64,000 bases of DNA from Squalus acanthias. Its lineage: Eukaryota. Where the stretch lies: NCBI GenBank assembly GCA_030390025.1, contig CM059438.1:71052001-71116000 (forward strand), given 5' to 3'. Each line of letters opens with the position of its first letter. The first letter of the stretch is position 1. A model generated the notes under the pieces. It saw only the letters and a program-made list of their open reading frames with translations. It did no database searches and was not told the DNA's origin. This document shows, in pieces, positions 37,368-49,075 of the stretch. The translations under genes were made by a program, and so were the position numbers.

Positions 37368-37754
37368 GTTCTTGCAGTCTGCCTAAAATGGCTGAATATG
37401 TTTAGGATTTCTTGATACAAGCTACAATTTGACGCTACTTGGATGACAGATTACTGCTTCCCATCTTATAAAAGGGCCACTGATTGAAAAATAATGCTCT
37501 TGGCCATTGCCTTCACCCATTATGAAATGCTGTCAGCTATTGCTCTGATTATTGGTGTAATAAATCATAGGTTTTTATAATGAGGTTTCTAGACTGTAGC
37601 GGGTCTTCAAGAATATCCCAGAGAACCAACGGGGTCATCCAATTTCTTTATTTGTTGACTTCTGTAGTGACATAATAGTAAAAACAAAACACATTTTCCA
37701 CATTGATGGGCATGATTCCTTTGGGGTAGCTGATGCTGTCTTTCAGAGGTCTAT

Positions 37755-38205
37755 TCCCATGTCACCGGGAATGTGTCAGTATTCGTAGCGTGTCGCCGGG
37801 AGTGTGTCAGTTTTAACAGGGGTCCCTAGCAATATTCCCTGTAATTTTTTTTTTGGTGCGAAAGCCCTTTAACTGGTTGCACAGTCCATTCAATTTTTCG
37901 CGCATGCGTGGTTATTTACATTGAAAAGCCCGTGAGCGGCCTGGGCAGGACCTCCAGACCACTGCCCGGCCGTGCAGCATAGCGGGAACGTTGGTCCCTA
38001 GGAGTGTGCCAGTATTTGTAATAAGCCCTCGGGAGTGTGTCAGCAATTATTGCGTGTCCCTGTGAGTGTGTTTGTATTTGTAGAATATATTTGTGAGTGC
38101 GTCAGTATTTGCAGAAGTCCCTATGTGTATGTCAGTAGTTGTAATGTGTCCCTGTGACTATGTCAGTATTTGTAGCATGTCCCTGGGAGTGTGTCAGTAT
38201 TTGCT
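37755..38205. repeat. Degenerate about 31-bp minisatellite interrupted by a MITE
   Basis: Unit approximately CCCTGGGAGTGTGTCAGTATTTGTAGCATGT, about 9 copies. Confidence 0.85.
37830..37993. mobile_element. hAT-type MITE with 8-bp TSD
   Basis: TIRs CAATATTCCC / GGGAACGTTG. GTCCCTAG at 37822-37829 and 37994-38001. Colinear with 1917-2067. Confidence 0.9.
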
Positions 38206-38559
38206 GGGGGGTCACACAGAAAAGTTCGAAAGTCACTGTACTGCAGTCACCATAGCTGCTTTTAAGATTTAAAAAAATTATGGGCATATTTAAAAAAATG
38301 CTGTTCACATTTAAGTTATGTTCTGAAGTTAATGATTAGGTGTTCTCCCAATAACTGATGGGTAAGTTCACTGCCTCAGATAGACCTGAGCCATGTTGGC
38401 CAGGGAGGTCCCAGATTTGACCTTTGGCCTGTGCTGAATTAACTGATTTCAGGTTCAGTGGTGGTAGGGGTGTCCCATTGACTTCAGCTTGCCAGGTGAG
38501 GGACGAGGGCAAAAATAGGACAGAGTTTCTGCTTATAGCAGCTAAAAAAAAAAAGAAAA

Positions 38560-38720
38560 TCTTGCATTTACATAGCGCCTTTCACGACCTCAGGGCATCC
38601 CAAAGCACTTTACAGCCAATAAATTACTTTTACAAGTGTAGCCACTGTTGTAATGTAGGAAACGTGGAAGCCAACTTGCACACAGCAAGATCCCACGTAC
38701 AGCAATGAGCTAATGACCCG
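38560..38720 (-). mobile_element. Deu-domain SINE 3' fragment
   Basis: cttgcatttacatagcgcctttcacgacctc..cactgttgtaatgtaggaaac..gcacacagcaagatcccac. Confidence 0.8.
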
Positions 38721-39019
38721 AATGATTCCTGCTTTAAAGTGCGGGTGTTGGTTCAGGAGAGAGCTTGGCTCCTCGTGGTCAAATAGCCTGTTAAAGCTGG
38801 GCTCAAAATGTAAAGAATGGCCAACTGGGTGGGGTAGTAGAGAATGGTGAAATTATTTCACAGTATGAGGCAGCACCATCAAGATATGAGGTGAGAGAGT
38901 TGGGGTGGGGAGGGGCATGCTGAAATATAATTATGAAAAATTGTTTGCTTTCACTTGGAGTACAATGTGTTAGCTCTGCTTTAGGATCTATTTCAAGCCC
39001 TCCAATGTGATCTTCCTAC

Positions 39020-39133
39020 CTTTAGCCAGTATTTTGCTCTGTAGAAGGGATTGCTGTGAAATGCTTCCAGACATGGGAACCAGGCATACTGAGCCACTCC
39101 GTCCGACAAGTCGATGACCCTAGTCTTGCACAC
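39020..39133 (-). CDS. PAPPA: Pappalysin-1 internal coding exon (114 bp; about human exon 11)
   Basis: ttcag|GTGTGCAAG...TGGCTAAAG|gtagg translates VCKTRVIDLSDGVAQYAWFPCLEAFHSNPFYRAKYWLK, versus recalled human VCRTKVIDLSEGISQHAWYPC...FWLR. Phase 0/0. Absent from the ORF track; found by motif reading. Confidence 0.95.
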
Positions 39134-39414
39134 CTGAAGGAAAGTACACTTACATTAATTTATTAATAACATGAATAGGAAAGCACTCTACGGCCAAGTG
39201 ACTACATATCTATTTTGCAAATCTAGCCAAAGATGCTGAGTGTATTTAATTAGAGTTGAGGACAGAGTACAGAAAATACCTGTGCAGTGCCAAATTATGC
39301 TGGCTCAGGCTGCCTTTTGTTGAGCCAAACCTCTTGCCAACACAGTGATGGAAATACCAGTGACTGTCGAAAGCAGAACCAAATGGTGGAACGGTTACAA
39401 ACTATCCTTTTTTT

Positions 39415-39835
39415 AAATTCATTCATGGGATGTTGGTGTCACTGGCAAGGCCAGCATTTATTGGCCATCGCTAATTGCCCTTGAAGGTGGTGGTGAGCTG
39501 CCGCCTTGCCAACTGAGTGGCTTGTTAGGCCATTTCCGAGGGCGGTTAAGAGTCAACCACATTGCTGTGGGTCTGGAGTCACATATAGGCCAGACCCGGT
39601 AAGGACGTCAGATTTCCTTTCTTAAAGGACATCAGTGAACCAGATGGGTTTTTATGACAATCCGGTAGTTTCACGGTCACCATGACTGATACTATTCCAA
39701 ATAAGCTTTTCCAAATTTATTTAATTGAAGTTAAACTCCCCAGCTGCCGTGGTGGGATTTGAACTTGCGTCTCTGGATCATTAGTCCAGGCCTCTGGATT
39801 ACTAGTCCAGTAACATAACCACAATGCCACCGTCT
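39415..39835 (-). mobile_element. SINE family B, full length
   Basis: On the minus strand: head ggtggcattgtggttatgttactggactagtaatccagag..gttcaaatcccacc (A/B-box like), core aaggaaatctg..ccttacc..gtctggcctatatgtgactccagacccacagcaatgtgg, tail cccatgaatgaat. Confidence 0.87.
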
Positions 39836-40394
39836 CCATGCCACTGGCAGACCTACAGAGACGGTAACATTATCGTGGAGTTTCCTGTGGCATATCTGGA
39901 GCGTGGGTGATTTGTGCGTGTTTTTGGTTTTTGTTCCCTTCTGATACTTTGCGAACCATATTTCAAACTGTATATCATAAAGTTTGCAGATTTCTGGCAC
40001 CAAAGTCTGCCACGCCACCCCCCCCACCGAGCATCTGGAGATTATGTCCTTGACTGCAAGATCAGCTGAGCTAAAATGAATTCTAATACAAAGAGGTTAG
40101 CATTGTACTTTCCTAAACTGCGTTCAGAACCATCAGTAGGTCTTTCTACATCCACAATTAATCAAATACCAGCCCCATTTTAGGTCTGGCTCACTAGTCA
40201 AACAGAGCTACCGTTACTCAGTAACTGGTTGCCCAGAACTATCCAGAGTTGAATAGACATGATATCAGTGTTTCTACTCAGCCTGTCTAGTCCATTTGTA
40301 GAAATGTCATAATTCTGCTTTCCAGATACAATTAAACGATTTACTGAAGCTGTTTCTGAATACTTTGACCATACAGATCAGAAGGTCCATAAAA

Positions 40395-40785
40395 GAAAGA
40401 CTTGCATTTATAGAGTGCTTTTTGCATCCACGGGATATTTCAATGCAATTTACAGCCAATGAATTAAGCTTTTGAAGTGTAGTCACGGTTGTTTTCTAGG
40501 CAAATGCGACAGTCAATTTGCGCACAGCAAGATTCTACAAACAGCAAATGTTATAAATGATCTGATTTTTTGATGGTTTTGGCTGAGGGATAAATGTTGT
40601 CCAGGACACTGGGAGAACACTTCATCTCTTTGAATTATGTCATGGGATGTTTTTATGTCTACCTGAACAGCCAGTTGGGGCCTCGGTTTAATGCTTTCAT
40701 TCGAAAGACAGCGTCTCCGACAATGCAGTGCTCCCCTGGTACAGTACTGAAGTGTCAGCCTAGCTTATGTGCTCCACTGTTGGGT
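40395..40785 (-). mobile_element. Deu-domain SINE copy
   Basis: gacttgcatttata..cagccaatgaa..ggcctcggtttaa..gacaatgcagtgctcc..agtactgaagtgtcagcctag. Confidence 0.8.
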
Positions 40786-40789
40786 TGGG

Positions 40790-41120
40790 GCATGTTTGAT
40801 CACTGGTCTGAGTTGAATTAGTTCATCTGAGGTGAGACAATTGGATGGGCAAGGGGGAAATAAATCAAGCGGGGTTTGCTCTCCTAATCACTATGCAGTG
40901 ACTCCTGTTGTTAAAGTGAATGTGTGGGGGTCAGGGGAGGACAGAATGGGGCTTGGCTACGATGCACTCCATGATTAAACACTGGACTGACACTAACTGT
41001 CAAGGCTCACACATATCGAATGGCCACTTGGGAAGATGTAGTGAAGGGGGGGCGGCTCCGAACATCTGCGGAACCGTGTCCCAACCCGTTCCGGATAGGA
41101 GGGGAGAAAATGGGAGGAGG
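40790..41120 (+). mobile_element. SINE family A copy
   Basis: ctcctaatcactatgcagtgactcctg..ggctcacacat..aatggccacttggg..ggaggggagaaaa. Confidence 0.72.
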
Positions 41121-41769
41121 CAGAACTATTTCTGACATTGGGGAATAGAACTAATACATGTCACATACTGCTAGAGAATGGAGAAGCAGAAGAGGTTATT
41201 TACAAAAGTTTATTTTGTGTGGGACATTACAGCAGAACTTCTCTAACACTTGATTATTAAATGCCTCAATATTACTGATGGAACACCTGTTATTACTAGT
41301 CAAGTTTTGTTTGTCTTCCCGCTCTTCAAACTCACCTTAGGAGTGGTTAAGAAATAACATAAGAAAATCCAGAGTGGGAAAAGGCCATTTAGCCCATTAA
41401 ACCAACCTTCAACCAGACCCAATATATGATTATTCCATCAAGGACATCCGTACCGGTTGATCACCTACTTTAGGGACATTAAATTGCTTCCCCCTAGTCG
41501 AGATAGCCATGGCGGCTGCAATAAGTTTGCAGACATTGTCACCTTTTGAAGAGTTTCTTACACTAATAAAGCATAATACTTCTTAACTCAAACCAGTATC
41601 TGAACTGCTTCACTGTGTAGTAGATATGCAGCCAGCAGGTGGTTTGACACGTTGGACCCCCTGGGACACATCTCATTGTCTTGGCTATGCTCTTTGTTGT
41701 AGGGAATAATGTGAATAGATTTTGTCTGGGTTTAAATTGTGAATTCTGGGAGATTCTCTCATTGCTAAC

Positions 41770-41808
41770 TTACCTGACGAAGGAGCGAACTGCTTCGAAA
41801 GCTTGTAA
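41770..41808 (+). ncRNA. Minimal hammerhead ribozyme motif of a second Penelope-like family
   Basis: UUAC-CUGACGA-A-GGAGC-gaacu-GCUUC-GAAAG-CUU-GUAA. Stem I UUAC/GUAA, stem II GGAGC/GCUUC, palindromic AGCU stem III. Followed by aataaatctgttggactataacctggtgttgtg. Confidence 0.72.
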
Positions 41809-44152
41809 AATTAAATAAATCTGTTGGACTATAACCTGGTGTTGTGCGACTTCTCATAGTTATATTACAGCACAGGTCCAACTCCAACTGCAGCACTCTA
41901 CAAACTCTAAAGCCTCCAGCTCAAGATGTGGCTTGTTCCTGTGCTACTGGAGACACAACACCAACACTGGCACTGGCAGCCGGGATACTCTGAGCTGCCA
42001 TTTTGTTTGGCGGTGGGCGCTCTAAGCAGGACCATAACAACCAGCAGTGCGATCTTTGCTTGGACTGTAGGGACCTAAGATCCAATGCTCAGGTTTCCAA
42101 TCCACGAGGTTTGCAAGCTGAGGTCTGAAATGTGTTCGGTTTGTGACGAGAGCTCATGTTGGGAAAACCGATCCCATTTTAGGGAAGTTCCCACTGTGAA
42201 AATGAGACCGCTTTTCTCGCAGAGTGTGATAAAGCTCATATTTCGGTCAGAGCAGAAACTAATATTACGGCTTGAACCATTTGGACCTCTGTAAGATAGT
42301 GCTTTTTGTGTCTGTATCTGTTTTCTTTTGTTGTCAAGCAAGGTTATGTATGAAAAGTGGATCTGCAACCCAGCAAAACAGATGCTGCCTATTTGGAGCT
42401 TAACGTTATCTCTGAGCCTCCCACCATGGACAGTGTTGGTCTTGTTTGGGGTGTGGGGGTGGAGGGGAATGAGGCTTGTCATGCAAATCACAACTTATTT
42501 TGGCTTTTTGGAAAAAAAAACGGAGTTCTTTGTATTTTTCGAATGCCTCAAACAGCTTGGTTTTAAGAAAACAACTCACGTTGACAGATCACATTATGCT
42601 ATAACGCAATGCAATTCAAACACAGGGGATGACCCGTCCTATCCTGTTCATTTCCAGACAATGATTAAAGGCAAGTACCACCCAGGGAGAAAGAATTAGG
42701 AGGTGATTCTTTCCTTTTAAGTCCTGCTTTCTCGCTTCTCGCCACAACAGACAGAACCCCAAATGAAGTCTCCCCCGGTTTACGATATACTTGGGTCCAA
42801 TCAAAGATACATTGATATGACTAAAGTAAGATGCTTTCCCCGTGCTCTAACGCCGACAGGAAAATGTCTTGTGTCGTTTAGCCGTGTCAAAGGGGGGAAC
42901 AAAATACTGCTCGGAAGTGTCAAATATCGAGCAAAAAGCCCCCTTTCCTAGGTCTGACTTGCAATAAAACAGGGCTTTTTTTTGAAGCTGGTCATAAAAC
43001 ATGAATGGTGAGTGCAAAAGGTCTGGCGAGTCTGAGCGCAACAGTATCCAGTCGACCCAGTTGCGAGCATTAACCTTAGCCTCTACTAGCAACAGTGACA
43101 GAAAAGGCGGGGTGGGGGAGAATGTACATATAGTAAATCACACCGTCTAACTTGATGGGTGACAGTTCAGTCCTGTGTGTGAGTGAATAATTTGCGAGTG
43201 AGGTTTTCGATTTCCAAACTGTAAAAATATCATTTTATTTTAAGCAAAAGGTTTTGGGGTTTGACCAGCCCCTTCAATGGGCATTAATAATCCTTTTTTT
43301 TTGGTACATTTTTATATTTCCCCACTGGTATTCAACCACCCAGAAGCAGCGCTTTCTTTTATTATCAAACTTGCACACCCAGTGGGAACCAATAAATTCC
43401 TCTTAAAGAGGACTGTCAGATCCAAAGCTTTTGTTCAGTCCTGTGCCTTTATTGCTCAAAGCATTTTATTTCGGATTTTGGGGGGGTTTTAAATTACATT
43501 ATAGACACTTCGCCAGCACTTCGAATATGGTCCCTGGGAGTTACATGATTTGTATCTTGTAACAAGGTGTGCGCCTTAACGAGAGTTCCATAAGCCAGTG
43601 TCAAACACAACACAAGACAGTCTGCAGCGAAACATAATCACAGCCTTGTTTGTACTGAAGGTGGGGGTGAATGGGGTTAATAATTGGATTTTAAACCATG
43701 GGGGTCCCTTTTCTTCTTTTGACGAAAAATGGGAGAATGCCTGTTTTTCTTCAGAATTAATGACCCACTAATGAAATCAGATTCCCAGAAATCATACGTT
43801 AAAAGTCGCATGTTCCCATGATTTCACTCGCAGATCGTTAATTATGCGGAGGTACAGACAGTCTCCCATTTTTTCCCTGAAAAAAAAGAGGAATTTAATT
43901 CCACTGATTTATATTTTGAATTTGCTGACAGAGTTTAAAGGCCAAGTTTGGTTATTTAAAAATGTGCAAAAAGAAACATTAATGTGCAGGACATAAGGAA
44001 TACTCATTAGCCGTTGAGAAGCAGAATCTGATCGAGGGGTCCAAATGATATCATAAATTACAAAAGGAAAGATTGAGTGATTTACAAACATTGTTTGCTT
44101 TCCAAGATACCTGTCTTTAAATCATTCCCAGGTGTTTGTTATTTAAAAAGAA

Positions 44153-44961
44153 GGGGATAGAGTTTTCACTTTGGACGTAAACAGCGATCCAGGCGCATTT
44201 TGCACCCTAAATTGCACTCGTTTTGAGAAGTGTTTGTTTTTCTCAAGTTGCCGCTCATTTGCATATCACTGAATGTAAATTCTGCCATGAACCAGCGCAA
44301 TCAGGCTGCGTTATAAAACAGAATTTTTTTAAAAATTTGCTTTAAAAAATATTTCATGATTATTTAAGAGTGGTAACCTGGTGCAGTTTGATTAAAACAG
44401 CTGAAAATGGGTTTATCACAAAAAATAAGCATTTTAAATCAGAGTGTCAATCCACCACCTGTGAGTATCCTCATTTAAATTGCTGAAAATGACTTAAAAA
44501 AAATATACAGAACCATTTGCTAGTTATATTGGGGTACAGTAGTCAGTTTAATAAATTTAAAAAAAATACATTCAAAAGCGTTTAAAACATCCCTATCAGT
44601 GTCCATGCACCCAACATTTCCTACATTACAACAGTGACTACATTTCAAAAAGTACTTCATTGGCTGTAAAGTGCCTTGGGACGTCCAGTAGCCGTGAAAG
44701 GCGCTATATAAATGCAAGTCTTTCTTCTTTCAAAAGAACCAGCTTAACTTAGCAAAAACTCTACAATGGTGAATAATTCATCCCGGGAGGAGGGGCAGGT
44801 TTGTGGGCAGGGCCTGCTTCCAGCGCGGTGTTTTTTAAACTAGTGCAAAAGACCGTGGAACGTAATTTGCGCTTAAATTTTGCGATCTTTTGCATGGGTT
44901 ACGCTGATTTCGGGCGAATTGCACCGAAAGTACCAGCGCAACCAAGCAGAAACTCTACCCC
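44153..44961. mobile_element. MITE with GGGG(A)TAGAGTTT TIRs, containing a nested Deu-SINE tail (about 44612-44730)
   Basis: ggggatagagtttt at 44153 and gaaactctacccc ending 44961. Internal part is homologous to bases 1-310. Confidence 0.8.
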
Positions 44962-45013
44962 TTTGTGTCTTAATTTACATGCTGTTTCAATATTGCTCTA
45001 GATTGGTTAAATC

Positions 45014-45274
45014 CATAGGTTTTCAAACTGGGACACCTGGACTCTGGGGTGCTAGAGAGGATCCCAGGGAGTCCATGGGTGATTTCGACAGATTTCTGTA
45101 TTTATTGACTGATTGGTTTGTTATTTCTATCCTAATAAAACACATTTGCTGTGATGTTAGCACTGCTTTCATTTGGGTCGATGACGCTGTCTTCTAGAAG
45201 TTAGCACTGGGAGCCTCGGGAACCTGTCAATATTTGCAGAAGGCTCCTCTCACAGAAATGTTTGCAAACCACTG
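45014..45274. mobile_element. Old hAT-Charlie-like non-autonomous element
   Basis: Ends cataggttttcaaactggg / tgtttgcaaaccactg. Similar terminal motifs at about 34410-34450 and 38207-38238. Confidence 0.55.
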
Positions 45275-45299
45275 ACTTAGTCTTGTTTTAGGTGTTTGA

Positions 45300-45890
45300 C
45301 CTGAACACATAATCTAGGCTGACACTTAAGTGCAGTACTGAGGGAGTGCTGCACTGTCGGACATCCTGTCTTCGGATGAGATGTTACACCAAGGCCTCAT
45401 CTACCCTCTCAGGTGGGCGTAGAAGATCCCATGGCACCCATTCGAAGAAGAGCGATGGCCAACATTTATCCCTCAACCAACATCACTGAAGCAGATTATC
45501 TGGTTATTTATCTCATAGATGTTTGTTGGCCCTTCCTGTGCACACATAAATACCAAATAATGCAAGTTCATTCCCTCTTTCAGTTGTCAGCCGAGATCAG
45601 CTAGCTCACTACAGACAGGGACTGAAGCTCCACTGAAACATCATGCACTGTGATGAAGAGTTCTCCTGGCCAATATTTATCCTTCAACCAACATCACTAA
45701 AACAAATTATCTGGTCATTTATCTCATTGCTGTTTGTGGGACCTGGTTGTGCACAAATTGGCTGCCACATTCAGTCTACTTTACAACAATATTTACAATT
45801 CAAAAGTACTTAATTGGCTGCGAAGCGCTTTGGGATGTCCTGAAGTTGTGAAAGACGGCGTATAAATGCAAGTGCATTTCTTTCTTTAAT
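45300..45890 (+). mobile_element. Deu-domain SINE with internal duplication/insertion
   Basis: The segment gaagag..tggccaa.atttatcc.tcaaccaacatcact occurs twice (about 45446 and 45655). Ends in tataaatgcaagt. Confidence 0.8.
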
Positions 45891-45926
45891 TTCCTCCGAT
45901 AGTTAACACGTTCACATAAAATTACT

Positions 45927-46297
45927 GTTCCAATGAAGCTCAACGTAAGCTCGAGGAACAGCACCTCATCGTTCGATTAGGCACTTTACAGCCTTCTGGA
46001 CTCAACATCGAGTTCAACAATTTCAGACTATAACCCCTGCCCCCATTTTTCAGGCTGTTTATGATTCTGCCATCCCCATTCGCAACATTTAATCTCTCCT
46101 GCCTCCTACCCTAGCACAGAATATTCCTTCAGTTCCTTCCTCCCCTCCCCCCTTTCCCTGCCCCTGCTTAAAATCTGTTACATCTCTAACCTTTTCCAGT
46201 TCTGATTAAGGGTCCCAGACCTGAAACGTTAACTCTGTTTCTCTCTCCACGGATGCTGCCTGGCCTGCTGAGTGCTTCCAGCATTTTCTGTTGTTAT
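45927..46297 (+). mobile_element. Penelope-like retroelement 3' fragment with 16-bp flanking direct repeat
   Basis: Encodes SNEAQRKLEEQHLIVRLGTLQPSGLNIEFNNFRL* (GIY-YIG C-terminus). TTCACATAAAATTACT at 45911-45926 and 46298-46313. Decayed hammerhead at about 46197-46234. Confidence 0.88.
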
Positions 46298-48689
46298 TTC
46301 ACATAAAATTACTTTACCCACTACCAGAGATAATGAAACCCCTATTCGTACCGAACAGCAAAAAAATACTGTACACCACATAAATACTGTACACCACATG
46401 TTGGATCATGGTATTTTGAATGAAAATGTTGGTTTTCTTTGAATTGCAACTCCCGTTGATTCTTCCAACAGAAGTGAATTCTCACAAAGTTTTATTTTTC
46501 TCTAAAGTCAGCAAAGAGGCTTTTATTTTTCTCCAGGAATCCACATTCTCCCTGGTGAAGCTTTATGCAGAGGGACTGTTGTCACACTGTGGGCACAGCC
46601 CATTCAAGCCACTAATACGGAGCAATGTGTCTCAATCCTAAAACCCTATATTCTAATGTAAATTGGCCAGTGTGCTCCATTAATGGCCACCCAGGGTTGT
46701 CGGAGACCAAAGTAAACTGATTACAATTAGACACTATTCAGGTCCTAACTCTTTCATGTGAAAAATTATTTGATCAAAACAGCTCAGATTGGGAACCCTT
46801 CACTTCTGACGGCAGACTACTTTGTTATGCATTAGTTAATGACAGCTGAGTAGCATGGGAAAGCAAGCTCTAAAAATACACAAATATCTTGCTAACTACT
46901 GCTGTTGTGCTGCTGGGCCATCTTTAAAGATTTATTGTTGTCTGTGGCTGACAATAAATGAAAATGAAAATTCAAATCACAAGAGACATAAAAATTGGGT
47001 AATCAGGTTTTGTTAGTTGTTAACGCCTTGGAAACCGCAAATGACTTCAAAGTCGTTTATGACATAAAGGGAGATACTTAAGGACTCTAATGCTGCAAGC
47101 CCACATTTTTCTCTCCAGTGGTAATTTTTCTTTGCAGAGGCCACTTGCAGTTAACTGCCGTCTGATAATTGCCCTTGTTTATATCGATATTCTCTCTCAA
47201 AACACCTCGGTGAGCGGAGCTCCTGCTTCAAGTGCGGAGTGGGGACCCGCTTTTTAACCTTTGTGATTGCACACATCTGCGGGGGATGATTAAAACCAAA
47301 GTGTACTGACGAGCAGTTGCGGCTACAGACTGCTGCAAGAGGCAAATAAATGTGGTCTCTTCCCCCCGCCGCCGCCAAACCCGACACCCGTTCATTGTTG
47401 ACATGCTCTTCTCAGCTCCTCCCCGCCGTATTGGTGCGCGCTTTGTCATCAATGTATCACAATCAGCCGGCAATGGTTACCGCTCAGCGCACGCATCTGA
47501 TACACTTACTCTCTGAGGGAATTATCAGCGTGACCATTTGCGATATGTAAAGAGAAATCCGTCGGTGCACTGGGAGAGAGGCACCCGTTGTGTGTTTTGA
47601 GGTTTGACTGTTCGCTTCACAGGCATGAGCAGGAGCATTAATTTTAGCTATTTGCTTAAAAAGGATGATATACAAAACGTTCTAGGAATCTTGCGTTTAT
47701 TTAGCGGCGGTGAAGGAGCAGGCGCAGTGATCTAATATAAATGAGGCAATATTGGTGTCTGCGGGCACCTGGGGTCCCATTAGGGAGGGTGGCTAAATGT
47801 GAATGGCGACCGGGGGGGACGGAACGTTGCAAACGTCCATCTTGTGCTGGCTGCGGGCAGTCTGAGCTCTCTCATGCTGGAAAGCCTCATCGTGGAAGGC
47901 TTGCGGCCAGAAACTAAAAAAAAAATCAAGAATACGGCTGAAAAGTCCTGCAGCACAGTTGCTTTCAAGTCGCGATTGTCAAAAATCGAGCTTTACGTGG
48001 TAACATGAGAATGTGCAGGAAGGGAAGAAACGATTGAATCCCAAAGTTAAAAGAATGCCATACACTGCCTTTCATTCCCCTCAATCGCTTTCACTGGCAA
48101 ATACCTATCCTGTTTCGTCTTGAATTTGTCAACACTATTCCCCTCCCACAATCCCTTCCATAAATTCACCATTCTGTGCCTGAATTAAAGTCGTTGGTGG
48201 TTCTCTTCGTTTCTCTGCAGATTGTAAGTGGGGCAAATACAGAGTGGCAGCATCTTAAACACTGAAGTGTAAGCAGTTACACGACATAAACGTGCCCTTC
48301 AGATCATTATTAATTTGGTTGGGCATACACTGGAGCAGTCAGAACTCCATAAATTGCTCTATGAGTGCAAACAAATGCAAGTAAGAAACATTACACAACT
48401 CTTAACAGATGCATAGTTTTAAAGTGTAGCTACTCTGTGCTAAGATTCATCACAAGTGTGACTCTTAAACTATGCAGCTAAATGCTTTGAAAGTTTACTG
48501 TTCCTTCTGTCTATAATAAGCTTTAATATTGTGCAAAATGGATTTGGTTTCGCGAAAGTGTTATTAAAAATGACTGCCCAAGACTGAGCGCTTCAGTGTT
48601 AATTAACCTGTGAAGAAGGGCACTCGTCCCAGACTCATTTATAATGTGAAGTGTATTATGTATTTTGCTGTGTTCTATTTCTTTTAGAA

Positions 48690-49075
48690 GCTACTCTGAT
48701 GGGTTAATGGGTAAACGGAGCACATACTAAGCCAAAGAGACCAGAAGGTCCCGGGGTTCAATCCGTGGTCTGTGCCGAGCCAGCTTGCATCAGCTGGAGT
48801 TAGGGGTTGGTTTGCGACAGTTGGCCTGAGCGACCCTGGGCTAGGAGGGGAACAATTAACTGGGGGTATCCATACCTGGTCTCACAGTCCCGTGAACCCT
48901 GCTGGAAAGTGTGCCAGTAGGAACTTTCGGATCAGCTTTGGGCGTGATGCCCTCCACAGTTGGGTAGTCTGGAAACATGCACTGACTAGACTCACGCATA
49001 TGGAATAGCCACTTGGACATGATGGCTCCCTTACCTCGCCAGGTGCCTTCAGGAAAGGGGGAGAGAATTGGAAAG
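48690..49075 (+). mobile_element. SINE family A copy, near full length
   Basis: B-box-like ggttcaatcc, then ccctgggctagg, gaaccctgctggaaagtg, gccacttgg, gccttcagga. Confidence 0.78.

Noticed and set aside
42075-42491. 138-aa ORF with an acceptor-like ttacag, as an alternative terminal PAPPA exon
   Set aside because: No recognisable homology and a poor polypyrimidine tract; the PAPPA exon chain is complete without it.
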